DNA from: Candidatus Poribacteria bacterium
GTDB taxonomy: Bacteria > Poribacteria > WGA-4E > WGA-3G
Direction: 5' to 3'
DNA: 64,000 bases
NCBI GenBank assembly: GCA_965197475.1
Contig: CBDANF010000002.1
Coordinates: 480,001 to 544,000 of the forward strand
The position numbers and the translations under genes were made by a program. Shown one piece after another: positions 22,101 through 31,672 of this stretch (its first letter is position 1; each line of letters starts with the position of its first letter). The notes under the pieces are model-generated. The model was not told where the DNA came from. It did no database searches and saw only the letters and a list, made by a program, of their open reading frames with translations.

Positions 22101-22376
22101 TTTGCTGCAATGGCACGGCTTAACTTGGTACTAAAGAATGTTGATGAAGCGAAGCGGTATGCTCAAAAAGGGTTGGAAACAGATGCCAATTCGTGGCGAT
22201 CATATTACATCCTCGGCAACGTTTATGCTGCTATGAATCGACCTCAAAAACAGCAAGAACACTATGCAGATGCCCTAAAATATATAGATCGAGAGATGCC
22301 TTTTACCCAAGATCCAACAGACCTACAATTTGCTAAACAAAAAATTCAAGATAAACTTGATAAGATACAAAAATAG
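19116..22376 (+). CDS. Fused MFS-like membrane domain / spermidine synthase-like methyltransferase / TPR protein
   Basis: Duplicated SG..AL.YEVLW.R...L.FGST membrane repeats, LVVGFGMG SAM-binding motif, HTDDRPRLEF and C-terminal TPRs. Confidence 0.88.
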   Translation: MLGLDEMRHIKPIVWLIFILSGASALIYEVLWMRQLTLVFGSTVFATSTVLTAFMAGLALGSFYFGRKIDESKLSPLKLYALLEAGIGGFCLIWPLLLTLLTALYVLIYRNITSEFYTLSLIRFVLTFGILLIPSTLMGGTLPILTRFFVKRLEQLGTNIGILYALNTFGAVIGTVAAGFFLIEALGIKWTLGVAVAINFGVALVALVLARHAHKIESDEDEELTEQGITKANEQDTQPQQPAVGGLQIKERQLVLWSIGISGFCALAYEVLWTRILVFFLGSTTYAFATMLAAFLFGIALGSMILARWVDQIKQPVITFGIVQLGIGLFALILMPAFEQLYGITSALQSTFGGSRFWAFFSCFIVMCIPTFLMGASFPLVTKIYTGNARQLGRSIGNVYAVNTVGSILGAFCAGFVLIPLLNIRPSIVLAIVLNTSIGCVLVLTGWRASTDAGINNEKAGSGFKSVLQGIGIGVPILNVGLAVILLFTLSQPIFLKSTIYKTQRPGDVVVAYEEEIDATVTTLRDDEGVYRLYVDANQAADASRWDSPSHRVIAHLPLLLHPSPKRALVVGFGMGLTSHSITQHGVQVDAIELSKGVISAAQKHFIHINGNIFENRLLNYTLNDGRNHILMTQKKYDMISTGIIHPLVSAGSSNIYTADFYRLCKRILAEDGVMCQWVPLHRLPEAHYKMIVRTFINVFPNTTLWYKYTPDFVILIGTRKPLSIDYKDFMARSRIPSIREGLAADDLDGMSLLDSFMMGPEAVREYAGVGPIHTDDRPRLEFFKGADLANSTVKNITGMKEFRQSVTSVKSLLKNYGTTLEEKREVKAKIDRYFEATQKLILGQIAYAKAQSALASGQIGDFNSQLESASVMINEAVGINPEDETIRYNFGVVSGLIREDEQEELRQIEQTEQRRVRQNPDDIQRHLNLAVVYELQRELGKASSELEKFLKRDPSRVDVYLLLGPLYERQERNKQALHTYERLEQVDPNLPAPIFAAMARLNLVLKNVDEAKRYAQKGLETDANSWRSYYILGNVYAAMNRPQKQQEHYADALKYIDREMPFTQDPTDLQFAKQKIQDKLDKIQK

Positions 22377-22396
22377 GAGGAAAATACAAACCAATT

Positions 22397-24409
22397 ATGT
22401 CCCAAGAACCTTCTTTAAAACGGACACACTATTGTGGTGAGCTGCGTTTGAGTGATACTGGCACCACTGCCCGACTCAACGGCTGGGTCAGACGTCGTCG
22501 TGACCATGGCGGTGTGATTTTCGTCGATTTGCGCGATAGGACAGGGATCACGCAGGTCGTCTTTGACCCGCAGATTGACGAAAAAGCGCACGCCCTTGCG
22601 GATGCTGTCAGAAGTGAATTTGTCCTGCATGTCAGCGGTACTGTCCGTGAACGTGCTCCTGGCGAACTACTCTTCACAGCAGATGCAGCATTTCAATCTG
22701 AACTATCCAATGCTACCGCGTTGTCAGCCGAATTTCGTTCCATTTTTTCCGATTTAGATACGAAATACACACTTTCCGATGACATCAAAGTTAACGTTCG
22801 CGAGCCTGAAAAACGATGGCTGCTCACAGATGTGGAAAATAATAGAACTTACGACATAGCGCGTGAAGCGGACAGTCTCAATGTCTATCAAGGTACCGTT
22901 AATCCAGAACTTGACACAGGTGAAATAGAAATTGCGGTTGATACGTTGAATATTCTCAATACTGCCAAAACCCCACCGTTCCCTGTTGAAGACGATATTG
23001 AAGTGGCAGAAGATATCCGGATGCGGTATCGGTTCATTGATTTGCGGCGACCGGAAATGCAAAAAACACTCAAAATGCGGCATAAAGCTGCACTTGCCTC
23101 CCGCAACTACATGAATGAACAGGGGTTCCTTGAAATTGAGACCCCTATCTTGATGAACAGTACGCCGGAGGGTGCACGTGATGTTCTTGTGCCGAGTCGT
23201 CATTATCCCGGTAAATTTTATGCGTTACCGCAATCACCGCAACAGTTTAAGCAGATTCTGATGATGAGTGGGGTTGACCGTTATTTTCAGATTGCGCGCT
23301 GCTTCCGAGATGAAGATACCCGCGCTGATAGACAACTTGAGTTCACCCAACTTGATATTGAGATGTCTTTCGCAGATGTTGACGATGTGCTTGAGGTTAC
23401 TGAAGGTTTGATGAAACGAATATTTGAGGAATCGGGTAACATTCCAGTTCAAACGCCTTTCCTGCGGCTTCCCTACCACGAATCGATGGCACGGTTCGGG
23501 AATGACAAGCCGGATACGCGCTTCGGTATGGAACTCACAGACCTCTCCGATGTTATGGCAGACTGCGATTTTCAGGTGTTCACCCGCGCGCTGTCTTCCG
23601 GTGGACAGGTGAAAGGTATTGCTGTTCCTGGAGGTGCAGATTTTTCAAGGAAAGACATTGATGATTTGACAGAGTTCGTTGCCACCTACCGAGCGAAGGG
23701 ATTGGCATGGATTAAGGTTACGCCGGAGGGTTTTTCATCAGGGATTGTCAAGTTTTTCAAGACAGAACAGCTCGAAACAGCACAAGAAAGAATGGGTGCG
23801 AAACCTGGGGACATCATGTTCTTTGTCGCTGATCGACCAAAAGTTATCGCAGATGCACTCGGCAATCTTCGTCTACATCTCGGTCATAAACTTAATATGA
23901 TTGATGAAAATCGGTACAACTTTTTGTGGATTGTTGATTACCCACTGTTTGAGTGGAACGAAGAAGAAAATCGCTACGAACCGTTCCACCATCTCTTCAC
24001 CGGTGCAACTGAAGAGACTTTGCCTCTATTAGATACTGAGCCAGGTAAAGTTCAGAGTCAACATTACGATCTGGTTTGCAACGGGTCAGAAATTTGTAGT
24101 GGAAGCGTTAGAATTCATCAATGGGATGTCCAACAGAAAATTTTTGAAATTCTGAAGATAAAACCGGAAGATGTCAAAAACAGATTCGGTTATTTCATTG
24201 ACGCTTTGGAATATGGGACACCACCGCATGCGGGGATTGCACCAGGGCTTGACCGTATCGTCATGTTAATGCGGAACGAGGAAAATATCCGCGAGGTAAT
24301 TGCGTTTCCAAAATCTCAACAGGGGTTGTGCCCGCTTACACACGCACCGTCTACTGTGACAGAGGCACAATTGGAAGAGTTGTCTATTCGCGTGGATGTG
24401 GATGAATAG
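22397..24409 (+). CDS. aspS: Aspartate-tRNA ligase (probably non-discriminating), with a ~75-aa insertion
   Basis: RTHYCG, RRRDHGG, STPEGARD, LPQSPQQFKQ, CFRDED, GTPPHAGIAPGLDR. His in RDHGG is typical of ND-AspRS. Confidence 0.97.
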   Translation: MSQEPSLKRTHYCGELRLSDTGTTARLNGWVRRRRDHGGVIFVDLRDRTGITQVVFDPQIDEKAHALADAVRSEFVLHVSGTVRERAPGELLFTADAAFQSELSNATALSAEFRSIFSDLDTKYTLSDDIKVNVREPEKRWLLTDVENNRTYDIAREADSLNVYQGTVNPELDTGEIEIAVDTLNILNTAKTPPFPVEDDIEVAEDIRMRYRFIDLRRPEMQKTLKMRHKAALASRNYMNEQGFLEIETPILMNSTPEGARDVLVPSRHYPGKFYALPQSPQQFKQILMMSGVDRYFQIARCFRDEDTRADRQLEFTQLDIEMSFADVDDVLEVTEGLMKRIFEESGNIPVQTPFLRLPYHESMARFGNDKPDTRFGMELTDLSDVMADCDFQVFTRALSSGGQVKGIAVPGGADFSRKDIDDLTEFVATYRAKGLAWIKVTPEGFSSGIVKFFKTEQLETAQERMGAKPGDIMFFVADRPKVIADALGNLRLHLGHKLNMIDENRYNFLWIVDYPLFEWNEEENRYEPFHHLFTGATEETLPLLDTEPGKVQSQHYDLVCNGSEICSGSVRIHQWDVQQKIFEILKIKPEDVKNRFGYFIDALEYGTPPHAGIAPGLDRIVMLMRNEENIREVIAFPKSQQGLCPLTHAPSTVTEAQLEELSIRVDVDE

Positions 24410-24414
24410 GACAG

Positions 24415-24543
24415 CCCCTGACAGCGGATATCCTAAACATAATGTTCTATAACAGAGCTTAAAGACTTGGGCGGATGAGGGTTAGTGAATTGCTGCCGCC
24501 CTTTTGAGGCAGTCATTGGGGCCGCCTTCAGGTAAATCAGGGT
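24415..24543 (+). ncRNA. Candidate structured RNA / attenuator of unknown class
   Basis: Nested pairings found by eye: CCCTGA/TCAGGG, ACTTGGGCGG/CCGCCTTCAGGT, TTAGTGA/TCATTGG, CTGCC/GGCAG. Confidence 0.35.
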
Positions 24544-24737
24544 TAATAAATAGTGATAATTTCGGTCATTCTGTATACAGTATTACTCCTTCATTGAAGC
24601 AATAGTTAGATACGATGCGCGCCTGCAGGTAAAGACGCATACGCGACACCTAAAAGTTACCGAAAATTACTTTACTTCATCAATCCTGCGACAAACCGTA
24701 ACGGAGGTAAAACTCCACATACAAAAGGAAACAAACA

Positions 24738-26318
24738 ATGAATGAAAACCGAAATGGAAAGAATGAGCTTGGGATACTTTACGGTATTATCATCGCTATC
24801 ATAGTTGGTGCACTTGTCGGTGGCTTTGCTCCCGATTTTGCCGAGCACACGCACATATTGGGTGATATCTTCTTAACCATGCTCAAGATGATTGTTGTTC
24901 CACTCGTTATTTTCTCTATGGTGGTTGGTATTACGAACTTAGGTGATATCCGAAACCTCGGCTCTATTGGTGGACGCACCGTGCTTTACTATATGGCGAC
25001 TACCGGCATCTCTGTTGTCATCGGGATGATTCTCGTTAACATCATTGCCCCCGGAAAAGGTCTTTCGTCGGGTGAAGAACTAACGAATTCAAACTATACG
25101 TTAAGTGGTACAGATAGCCTGACTGTTACATTAGATGGCCAAGTGACCGGAAACTATACCGATAAATATGTCATCACACTCGACGATCAAAATGTGATGG
25201 GCGAGATAAAAACTATTGATGGCAATACAGTCACTGTAGATCGATGGCAAGTTATATCAGATGATGTGGAATACATCGTAGCAGAGAGTGGTAACCTGCT
25301 GATGGTCACTGACAAACAATTTAGCGATTTGGATCCCAAAGAAACGGGTACCGGTGTTAAAATTTCCCTACCAATTGCCTCAAGAGTTCAAGGTAAAGAG
25401 CAACGGACTATGGTTGGCACCATTATAGAGGTGTTCCTCGGTAACAAAGAAACTGGAAAACAGGGTATGATTCCATCAAATGTCTTCAAGGCGATGGCGA
25501 ACATGGAAATCCTACCGCTCATCTTTTTCTCACTGCTCATTGGTGCAGCTTTGTCAGTCATCGGTGAAGTAGGTAAACCCGCTATAGCTATCTTTAACGC
25601 GTTTAATGGAGCAGTGATGCAGATAGTTAACTGGATCATGTTCCTCGCGCCGGTAGGTATCTTTGGCTTAATAGCTGGTAGGATAGGAAAGGCAGATGGA
25701 TTCGCTGGATTCTGGCCAGAATTAGTCGCTGTCGGAAAATATAGTGTGACGGTGATATTAGGACTTGGTATCCACGGTATCTTTGTACTACCGATCCTGC
25801 TTCTCGTTTTAGGAAGGCGAAACCCTTTGGGATACGCCAAAGGTGTGGGAACCGCATTACTGAACGCCTTCTCTACCGCAAGTTCAAGCGCTACCTTGCC
25901 GCTAACAATGGAAGGGGTTGAAGAACAAAACGGTATCTCTAATCGGACTGCAAGTTTCGTTTTGCCATTAGGCGCGACCATTAATATGGATGGCACAGCA
26001 CTGTATGAGGCAGTCGCTGTCATGTTCATCGCACAGGTATACGCTATACCAATGGGACCGGTGGAGCAGATAATTGTTGTGTTAACTGCAACACTCGCCG
26101 CGATCGGTGCTGCAGGTATACCTGAAGCAGGACTCGTTACGATGGTCATTGTTCTGAATGCTGTTGGGCTACCGATCGAAGGTGTCGCCTTGATACTCTC
26201 GGTTGATTGGCTTCTTGACAGATTCCGCACCACCGTCAACGTCTGGGGCGACAGCGTTGGTGCTGGTATCATTGAAACTTATGAATCTGGGGATTCTGTT
26301 GAAGTTCCAGCAACTTAG
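24738..26318 (+). CDS. Dicarboxylate/amino acid:cation (DAACS) symporter with a large extracytoplasmic insertion
   Basis: FSTASSSATLP, LPLGATINMDGTALYE, GAAGIPEAG and DRFRTTVNVWGD motifs. Confidence 0.93.
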   Translation: MNENRNGKNELGILYGIIIAIIVGALVGGFAPDFAEHTHILGDIFLTMLKMIVVPLVIFSMVVGITNLGDIRNLGSIGGRTVLYYMATTGISVVIGMILVNIIAPGKGLSSGEELTNSNYTLSGTDSLTVTLDGQVTGNYTDKYVITLDDQNVMGEIKTIDGNTVTVDRWQVISDDVEYIVAESGNLLMVTDKQFSDLDPKETGTGVKISLPIASRVQGKEQRTMVGTIIEVFLGNKETGKQGMIPSNVFKAMANMEILPLIFFSLLIGAALSVIGEVGKPAIAIFNAFNGAVMQIVNWIMFLAPVGIFGLIAGRIGKADGFAGFWPELVAVGKYSVTVILGLGIHGIFVLPILLLVLGRRNPLGYAKGVGTALLNAFSTASSSATLPLTMEGVEEQNGISNRTASFVLPLGATINMDGTALYEAVAVMFIAQVYAIPMGPVEQIIVVLTATLAAIGAAGIPEAGLVTMVIVLNAVGLPIEGVALILSVDWLLDRFRTTVNVWGDSVGAGIIETYESGDSVEVPAT

Positions 26319-26319
26319 T

Positions 26320-26643
26320 TTAACGTGAATTTAAATAAGGTTCAATGTAGGTTGGTTGAACCGAAGGTGAAACCCAACATTTTATGGTATCTATAGATGT
26401 TTATTGTTGGGTTTCGCAAGCTCAACCCAACCTACGATCTAACTGGAAGATGTTCCTGTGGGAGGCGTTTTCAACGCCGACTATATCGGGCTTACAAAGC
26501 CTTCCCACAAAAAGGATCACCTTGCTACAAGCATCTCTGGCACTAAATTGACACTTATGGGTTGAACATAGCGAAACCCAACAAATGTCATAAGCGTATT
26601 TATTAGCATAGATGCACTACGAATTTAGTTGAACTCACGTTAA
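26320..26643. mobile_element. MITE family C carrying REP-like palindromes
   Basis: TIRs TTAACGTGAATTTAAATAA and reverse complement TTAACGTGAGTTCAACTAA (16/19). Internal inverted pair GTAGGTTGGTTGAA...GAAACCCAACA / TGTTGGGTTTCG...CAACCCAACCTAC. Confidence 0.7.
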
Positions 26644-26780
26644 TTTATCCTGTTAAACACGTTTTACAAGCGTGTAATTGAAAATGTGAAGTCTTCCTTG
26701 GAAGGTGCAAGCTTCGGAAGTGACCCCTTTCAGAGAGCGTACCTATCTGAGGAAGATTTCAAAACACTCCTACACAAAAA

Positions 26781-29108
26781 ATGAACTCTCAAAACAATGC
26801 AACTCCCCGACAACCTGGAATTTCGGGCGAGTCTGCTCTTGCAATTATAAGCGTCGCGCTCGCAGCTTTTTGGATAGCATTCGCCTTCTACAAAGGTGTG
26901 AATCCTGGCGCGGATGGAAATCGGATTATGTTATTGCATCCGATCGTTCCCATCGCGCTCATTGGGCTGCTTATTCGTATTTACCGATGGGTGGGGATAA
27001 AATTTGTCGTCCAGCTTGAAATCATCATGATCGCTGGCTGGCTCTTTATCAGGATGTTGGGAGTCTTCATGCCTTTCATTCTGGGGTTCGGGTTTGCCTA
27101 TCTTTTCAGGTTTCTCTGGCGGGCACTTCCATTTAAGAAGATTTACCAACGTGCCATTGCGACTGTACTGATTGTGCTTATTTGTAGCAGTGTCTTGATT
27201 TTTACTGGCTTCCGAGTCGGCAATCAAGTAGGGCAAATGGCACAAGGGCTACAGAAATTTTTTCACGAAAGATTGCTACCGTTGGTTGTAGGCGAAGAAT
27301 TTATAGCATTTGCAGTTGATGTCTCTGGCGAGACAGAAACACTCTTCCTCGGTACCGATCATGGAATATATTTTTTTCAAATTGAAGAAAATACAGATAC
27401 TAAAAAAGAGAACGAAAAACCGAAAAAGGTGGGTATCACAAACGGTGAGCTTGTTGGAAAGCCAATTCAAACAATTGCCGTGAGTGATGAATATATCTAT
27501 GCAGGCACTGTAGGTGGTGTGTACCGATGCAGTAAGGGAATTACAAAAACTTCCCTGATTGCGCCGAAGAAAGAATTGATTTGGACTAAAATAAATGCCA
27601 CACTTTTTGATAACCGTTCTGTTCAAGCTATCAATATACCATCCTGGAATCCTTCGTTTATTTATGTCGGAACAGAAAAAGGTCTTTTTAAAGGTGAATA
27701 TAAAAGTGACGATTTAATACAAGAGTGGTCTCAAGTTGAAATTGAAGACTTTGAAGAAATGCCTATTGTCAGTGTAAATTCTATTGAGAAATATGATACC
27801 ACACGCAAAACGAGAACTATTTATGCCGTTAGTACTATTGAAAAAACTGATCAAGTAGTTCAGCAAACGGACCAACAAACAGATACAAACGCTAATGGTG
27901 ATCCCCAAAATATTGATAACACGGAGACGACTGCACAGGATTCTACTAATGTGGGTAAGGCAATAGACGAAAAATCAAATGATGATCCAAAACCGGGCGA
28001 AATTACCACAGTTGTATATCACCATTCGGCGAGTTCTGTTGTGATGGGATGGAGGGAACTTTCCTCAAATAAAGATGATAAACCTATGCCAAAGATTAAG
28101 GTCCTCACTGCTACCGATAAGAGTGAGGTTGAACTCTACGCTGGCACAGTGGATGGCATATATCAATGGAATAAACGGGATAAATGGAACAGGATGGAGG
28201 ATTCGAATCGTCTTCCGAAATCCATTTCTCTGGTAGTTTCTGCACCTTCCGGACTATACGCCGGAAACGATAGCGTTATCCATCACCGCCCGAGTGGTGA
28301 AACGGCATGGAAAGAGTTTGCTCTAAAAGAACAAGGTATTCTGATCTATAGGGATGAACCGTTTGTCAAACAGTTTCAAGAATATCTAACCATGAAAATC
28401 CCGGGATGGACAGCAAGTGGTGGTGCATTTGTTCGGTGGTTGTCCGGATTAGCGGGGTCCATCGCTTTTCAGTTCGGCGGATTCCTTGCAACTATTTCCT
28501 TAGCATTCATCGTTTTTGTTTATGCAAGCCAAGGGTTTGACAAGTATTTCCGTAGTTTCATTCGTTTAATTCCAGAAAAACATCGCGAAACCACAAGGGC
28601 ATACCTACGAGAAATTGATAAGAATATGCATCAATTTCTCAAAGGGCAATTCACGGTGATCGTAATTGTTTCTATTATCTCTTGTATCGGCTACCGCATT
28701 GTTGGTGTGCCTTTCGCGCTTCTCGTTGGTATATTAGCTGGACTCTGTAATGCAATACCAACCTTCGGTCCCTTCATCGGTGGCGGATTCGCGTACATTG
28801 CTATGTTGATGGGGCTCGCTGCAGGCGAATTCAACAGTACTTTCGGGTTTCTCATCCGTTGTGTATTTGTGTTAGGTGCTGTCCTCGGTATTCAGGCGAT
28901 TGACAATTCGCTTATTTCTCCGAAAGTGATGAGTAATGCTGTGGATGTTGATCCGTTGCTCATTATGTTTGCCGTTATAGTCGGTGCTTCAATCCTCGGT
29001 TTTTGGGGTGTATTGCTTGCTATTCCGATTATTGTTGTGATAAAATCTATCATTGCCGTTTCACAATCTGATGTAAATGAGGCGGATCCGCCACCTGCAC
29101 AGGAGTAA
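26781..29108 (+). CDS. AI-2E (PerM) family transporter with an inserted beta-propeller-like domain
   Basis: PFILGFGFAYL at the N-terminus; C-terminal FLKGQF...IPTFGPFIG...QAIDNSLISPKVM...GFWGVLLAIP; central repeats LFLGTDHGIY / IYAGTVGGVY / IYVGTEKGLF / LYAGTVDGIY. Confidence 0.85.
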   Translation: MNSQNNATPRQPGISGESALAIISVALAAFWIAFAFYKGVNPGADGNRIMLLHPIVPIALIGLLIRIYRWVGIKFVVQLEIIMIAGWLFIRMLGVFMPFILGFGFAYLFRFLWRALPFKKIYQRAIATVLIVLICSSVLIFTGFRVGNQVGQMAQGLQKFFHERLLPLVVGEEFIAFAVDVSGETETLFLGTDHGIYFFQIEENTDTKKENEKPKKVGITNGELVGKPIQTIAVSDEYIYAGTVGGVYRCSKGITKTSLIAPKKELIWTKINATLFDNRSVQAINIPSWNPSFIYVGTEKGLFKGEYKSDDLIQEWSQVEIEDFEEMPIVSVNSIEKYDTTRKTRTIYAVSTIEKTDQVVQQTDQQTDTNANGDPQNIDNTETTAQDSTNVGKAIDEKSNDDPKPGEITTVVYHHSASSVVMGWRELSSNKDDKPMPKIKVLTATDKSEVELYAGTVDGIYQWNKRDKWNRMEDSNRLPKSISLVVSAPSGLYAGNDSVIHHRPSGETAWKEFALKEQGILIYRDEPFVKQFQEYLTMKIPGWTASGGAFVRWLSGLAGSIAFQFGGFLATISLAFIVFVYASQGFDKYFRSFIRLIPEKHRETTRAYLREIDKNMHQFLKGQFTVIVIVSIISCIGYRIVGVPFALLVGILAGLCNAIPTFGPFIGGGFAYIAMLMGLAAGEFNSTFGFLIRCVFVLGAVLGIQAIDNSLISPKVMSNAVDVDPLLIMFAVIVGASILGFWGVLLAIPIIVVIKSIIAVSQSDVNEADPPPAQE

Positions 29109-29113
29109 CCCTA

Positions 29114-30463
29114 ATGCAAAACGAACCACTTCCTATTGTCGCTATTGTCGGCAGACCCAATGTAGGGAAATCATCTCTCTTCAATCGTATTACGGCAGAT
29201 GCGCGACCGAGTTCAGAACGTCCGAAGCAGATTGCTGTCGTCAATGATCAACCCGGTGTAACACGAGATCGAAACTATGCAAATGTGAAGTGGGACAAAA
29301 CACCATTTACAATTGTGGATACCGGCGGCATGGACGTTGACCCTGAGGATCCACTTATTGATAACGTCCAACTTCAGATTGATCAGGCATTAGCAGAGGC
29401 AACACTCGTTCTATTTCTCGTTGATGTCCGCACTGGCATTATGCCGCATGATACTATGGTGGCAGATAAACTTCGTGCGTCTGGAAAACCTATCCTTCTT
29501 GTTGCCAATAAAGCAGACAGTACCAGCCTTGAAATGGACACGGCGGAATTTTACGCACTTGGATTGGAAGAACCTGTTTTGACCTCGTGCGTACAGAACG
29601 TAGGTATCCGCCATCTCCTGGATAAAGTAGTAGAGGTACTTCCAGAGACCGAAGATACCGCAGAAGATAAAACAGCACCCATCAAAATCTCGATTGTTGG
29701 TCGTCCGAACGTTGGAAAATCATCACTGCTTAATTCTCTTCTCGGTGAAGAACGTATGATTGTAGACAACCGTCCAGGCACGACACGGGATGCGGTCAAT
29801 ATCCGATTTGTCTATCAAAATATCCCTTTTGAACTTGTTGACACCGCAGGAATGCGCCGAAAGTCTGCAATAAAAGATGAATTGGAATCGAAAACTGTTC
29901 AACGTGCAGTTCACAGCATCCGCCAGAGCGACATTGCTGCGTTGATATTGGACGTTACAAACGAGGTGGCGCAGCAAGACAAAACAATCGCGAGTTTCAT
30001 TGCACGCAACGGTAAAGCATCTGTGCTGGTTTTAAATAAGTGGGATCTCATTGAGAAGGATAACACAACACATCCTGAATTTATGTCGCAAATTGCAGCC
30101 CAGGTTCCGCAGTTAGACTATGTTCCAAGAATTTTTGTCTCTGCTTTGACGGGACAGCGCGTTTCGAAAATTCTTGATGTTGCACTTGATGTTCATCGCG
30201 AGTATTGCACTCGCATTCCGACCCCCGCTCTCAATGAACTGTTGTTGGAATTGCGGACTTCACATCCGCCCCCGCGTGTAAAAGGCACACGGCCTGCCCT
30301 TAAATATATTACACAGGTAGAAACGCAACCACCGACTTTTCTGATTTTTGGTCGAAATACGCACAGAGTGCGCCCTCCTTATACCGCATATTTGGTTAAC
30401 AATATCCGCAGTGCCTTTGGATTTCACGGAACGCCAATCCGTATATTTTATCGGAGAAATTAA
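29114..30463 (+). CDS. der: Ribosome biogenesis GTPase Der (EngA)
   Basis: Two [11 protein letters not shown]-domains, DTGG/DTAG, NKAD/NKWD, and KH-like C-terminus ([10 protein letters not shown]). Confidence 0.97.
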   Translation: MQNEPLPIVAIVGRPNVGKSSLFNRITADARPSSERPKQIAVVNDQPGVTRDRNYANVKWDKTPFTIVDTGGMDVDPEDPLIDNVQLQIDQALAEATLVLFLVDVRTGIMPHDTMVADKLRASGKPILLVANKADSTSLEMDTAEFYALGLEEPVLTSCVQNVGIRHLLDKVVEVLPETEDTAEDKTAPIKISIVGRPNVGKSSLLNSLLGEERMIVDNRPGTTRDAVNIRFVYQNIPFELVDTAGMRRKSAIKDELESKTVQRAVHSIRQSDIAALILDVTNEVAQQDKTIASFIARNGKASVLVLNKWDLIEKDNTTHPEFMSQIAAQVPQLDYVPRIFVSALTGQRVSKILDVALDVHREYCTRIPTPALNELLLELRTSHPPPRVKGTRPALKYITQVETQPPTFLIFGRNTHRVRPPYTAYLVNNIRSAFGFHGTPIRIFYRRN

Positions 30464-30592
30464 TCCTAACATTGTTGATATCGTAGTGCCAATAACTATA
30501 GCACGAGGTCTCTGTGCCTCGGAAATTCCCGACAACTGTAGTGCGAGTCTCTATGCCTCACGATTGCTATTTTAATCCAAAAATCCTAACCT

Positions 30593-31582
30593 ATGAGGCA
30601 TTCCATGGCAGCCCCAAAAATCTTTATCACTCGCCCCATTCCCGAACCCGTCCTCGTAAAAATACAAGCTGAATGTGACGTTGACATGTGGCATACAAGT
30701 GCTATTTTACCGCCTATCGCTGAAAAAATACCGCCACTTGATGGATTGATGACTTACGGGCATGAACCAGTCACAGATGTGATGTTCGACACCGCGCCCG
30801 CCCTTAAGGTTGTCTCTGTTGTTGGTGTCGGTTATGACCATGTCAATGTAGATGCAGCCAGAGAACGTAGCATCACGCTTGGACATACCCCCGGTGTACT
30901 CAGCGACACAACTGCTGATATGACATGGGCACTCCTCCTTGCTGCTGCACGGAATATTGTGCCAGCATATAACCACGTTCAGGTTAACAAGCAGTGGCAC
31001 TACTACGACCCAAACATCCTTTGGGGATATGATGTACATCACGCAACGATCGGGATTGTTGGCATGGGACGGATCGGATATGCTGTCGCAAAACGCGCTT
31101 TGGGGTTTGACATGAAGGTGCTTTATTACAAACGCGAGCGTAGACCCGATTGGGAAGAAGACCTTGGCATTGAATACGCTGAACTGGAACATATCCTTAA
31201 GGTTTCCGATTTTGTAACGCTTCATGTCCCTTTGACGGAAGAGACGACTCACATGATCGGCAAAGCCGAGCTTGAATTGATGAAATCTACCGCTATCCTC
31301 GTCAATATCGCCAGAGGTCCTGTTGTTGATCACGATGCATTATATGAAGCACTCACGGAAGGACAGATTGCTGGTGCCGCGCTGGACGTAACCGAACCTG
31401 AGCCGATTAATACTGATCATCCGCTTCTTGGTTTAGATAACTTACTCATTGCGCCACATCTGGGTAGTGCTACCATTCAAACGCGTATGAAAATGGCAAC
31501 GATGGCAATGGAAAATCTATTTGCTGGGTTGAAGGGAGAACGGTTGCCTTATGGGGTGTTGCAGCCATATGGGGTTTCGTAA
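30593..31582 (+). CDS. D-glycerate dehydrogenase / glyoxylate reductase (D-2-hydroxyacid dehydrogenase)
   Basis: GIVGMGRIG, NIARGPVVD, LDVTEPEP and PHLGSAT motifs. Confidence 0.92.
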   Translation: MRHSMAAPKIFITRPIPEPVLVKIQAECDVDMWHTSAILPPIAEKIPPLDGLMTYGHEPVTDVMFDTAPALKVVSVVGVGYDHVNVDAARERSITLGHTPGVLSDTTADMTWALLLAAARNIVPAYNHVQVNKQWHYYDPNILWGYDVHHATIGIVGMGRIGYAVAKRALGFDMKVLYYKRERRPDWEEDLGIEYAELEHILKVSDFVTLHVPLTEETTHMIGKAELELMKSTAILVNIARGPVVDHDALYEALTEGQIAGAALDVTEPEPINTDHPLLGLDNLLIAPHLGSATIQTRMKMATMAMENLFAGLKGERLPYGVLQPYGVS

Positions 31583-31643
31583 TATAAAGGTTTAGACTTT
31601 AATTTGAGATTCAGATAATAATTTACATATTTTTCAAGAAAAC

Positions 31644-31672
31644 TTGACAATTCACAAATAGCATATTATAAT
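31644..31672 (+). promoter_or_regulatory. Consensus sigma70 promoter
   Basis: TTGACA-17 bp-TATAAT, perfect consensus, in an AT-rich intergenic region. Confidence 0.7.

Noticed and set aside
22664-22888. Intein in AspRS
   Set aside because: Too short, with no N-terminal Cys/Ser and no His-Asn + Cys/Ser/Thr splice junction.
24410-24600. 6S RNA (lies downstream of aspS in Bacillus)
   Set aside because: The fold closes at about 130 nt, is asymmetric and lacks recognisable 6S central-bubble motifs; kept only as an unknown structured RNA candidate.
25388-26272. 294-aa antisense ORF (likewise 14390..14998, 30707..31333, 58238..58795 and many shorter ones)
   Set aside because: Shadow ORFs opposite well-supported genes, with no recognisable motifs.
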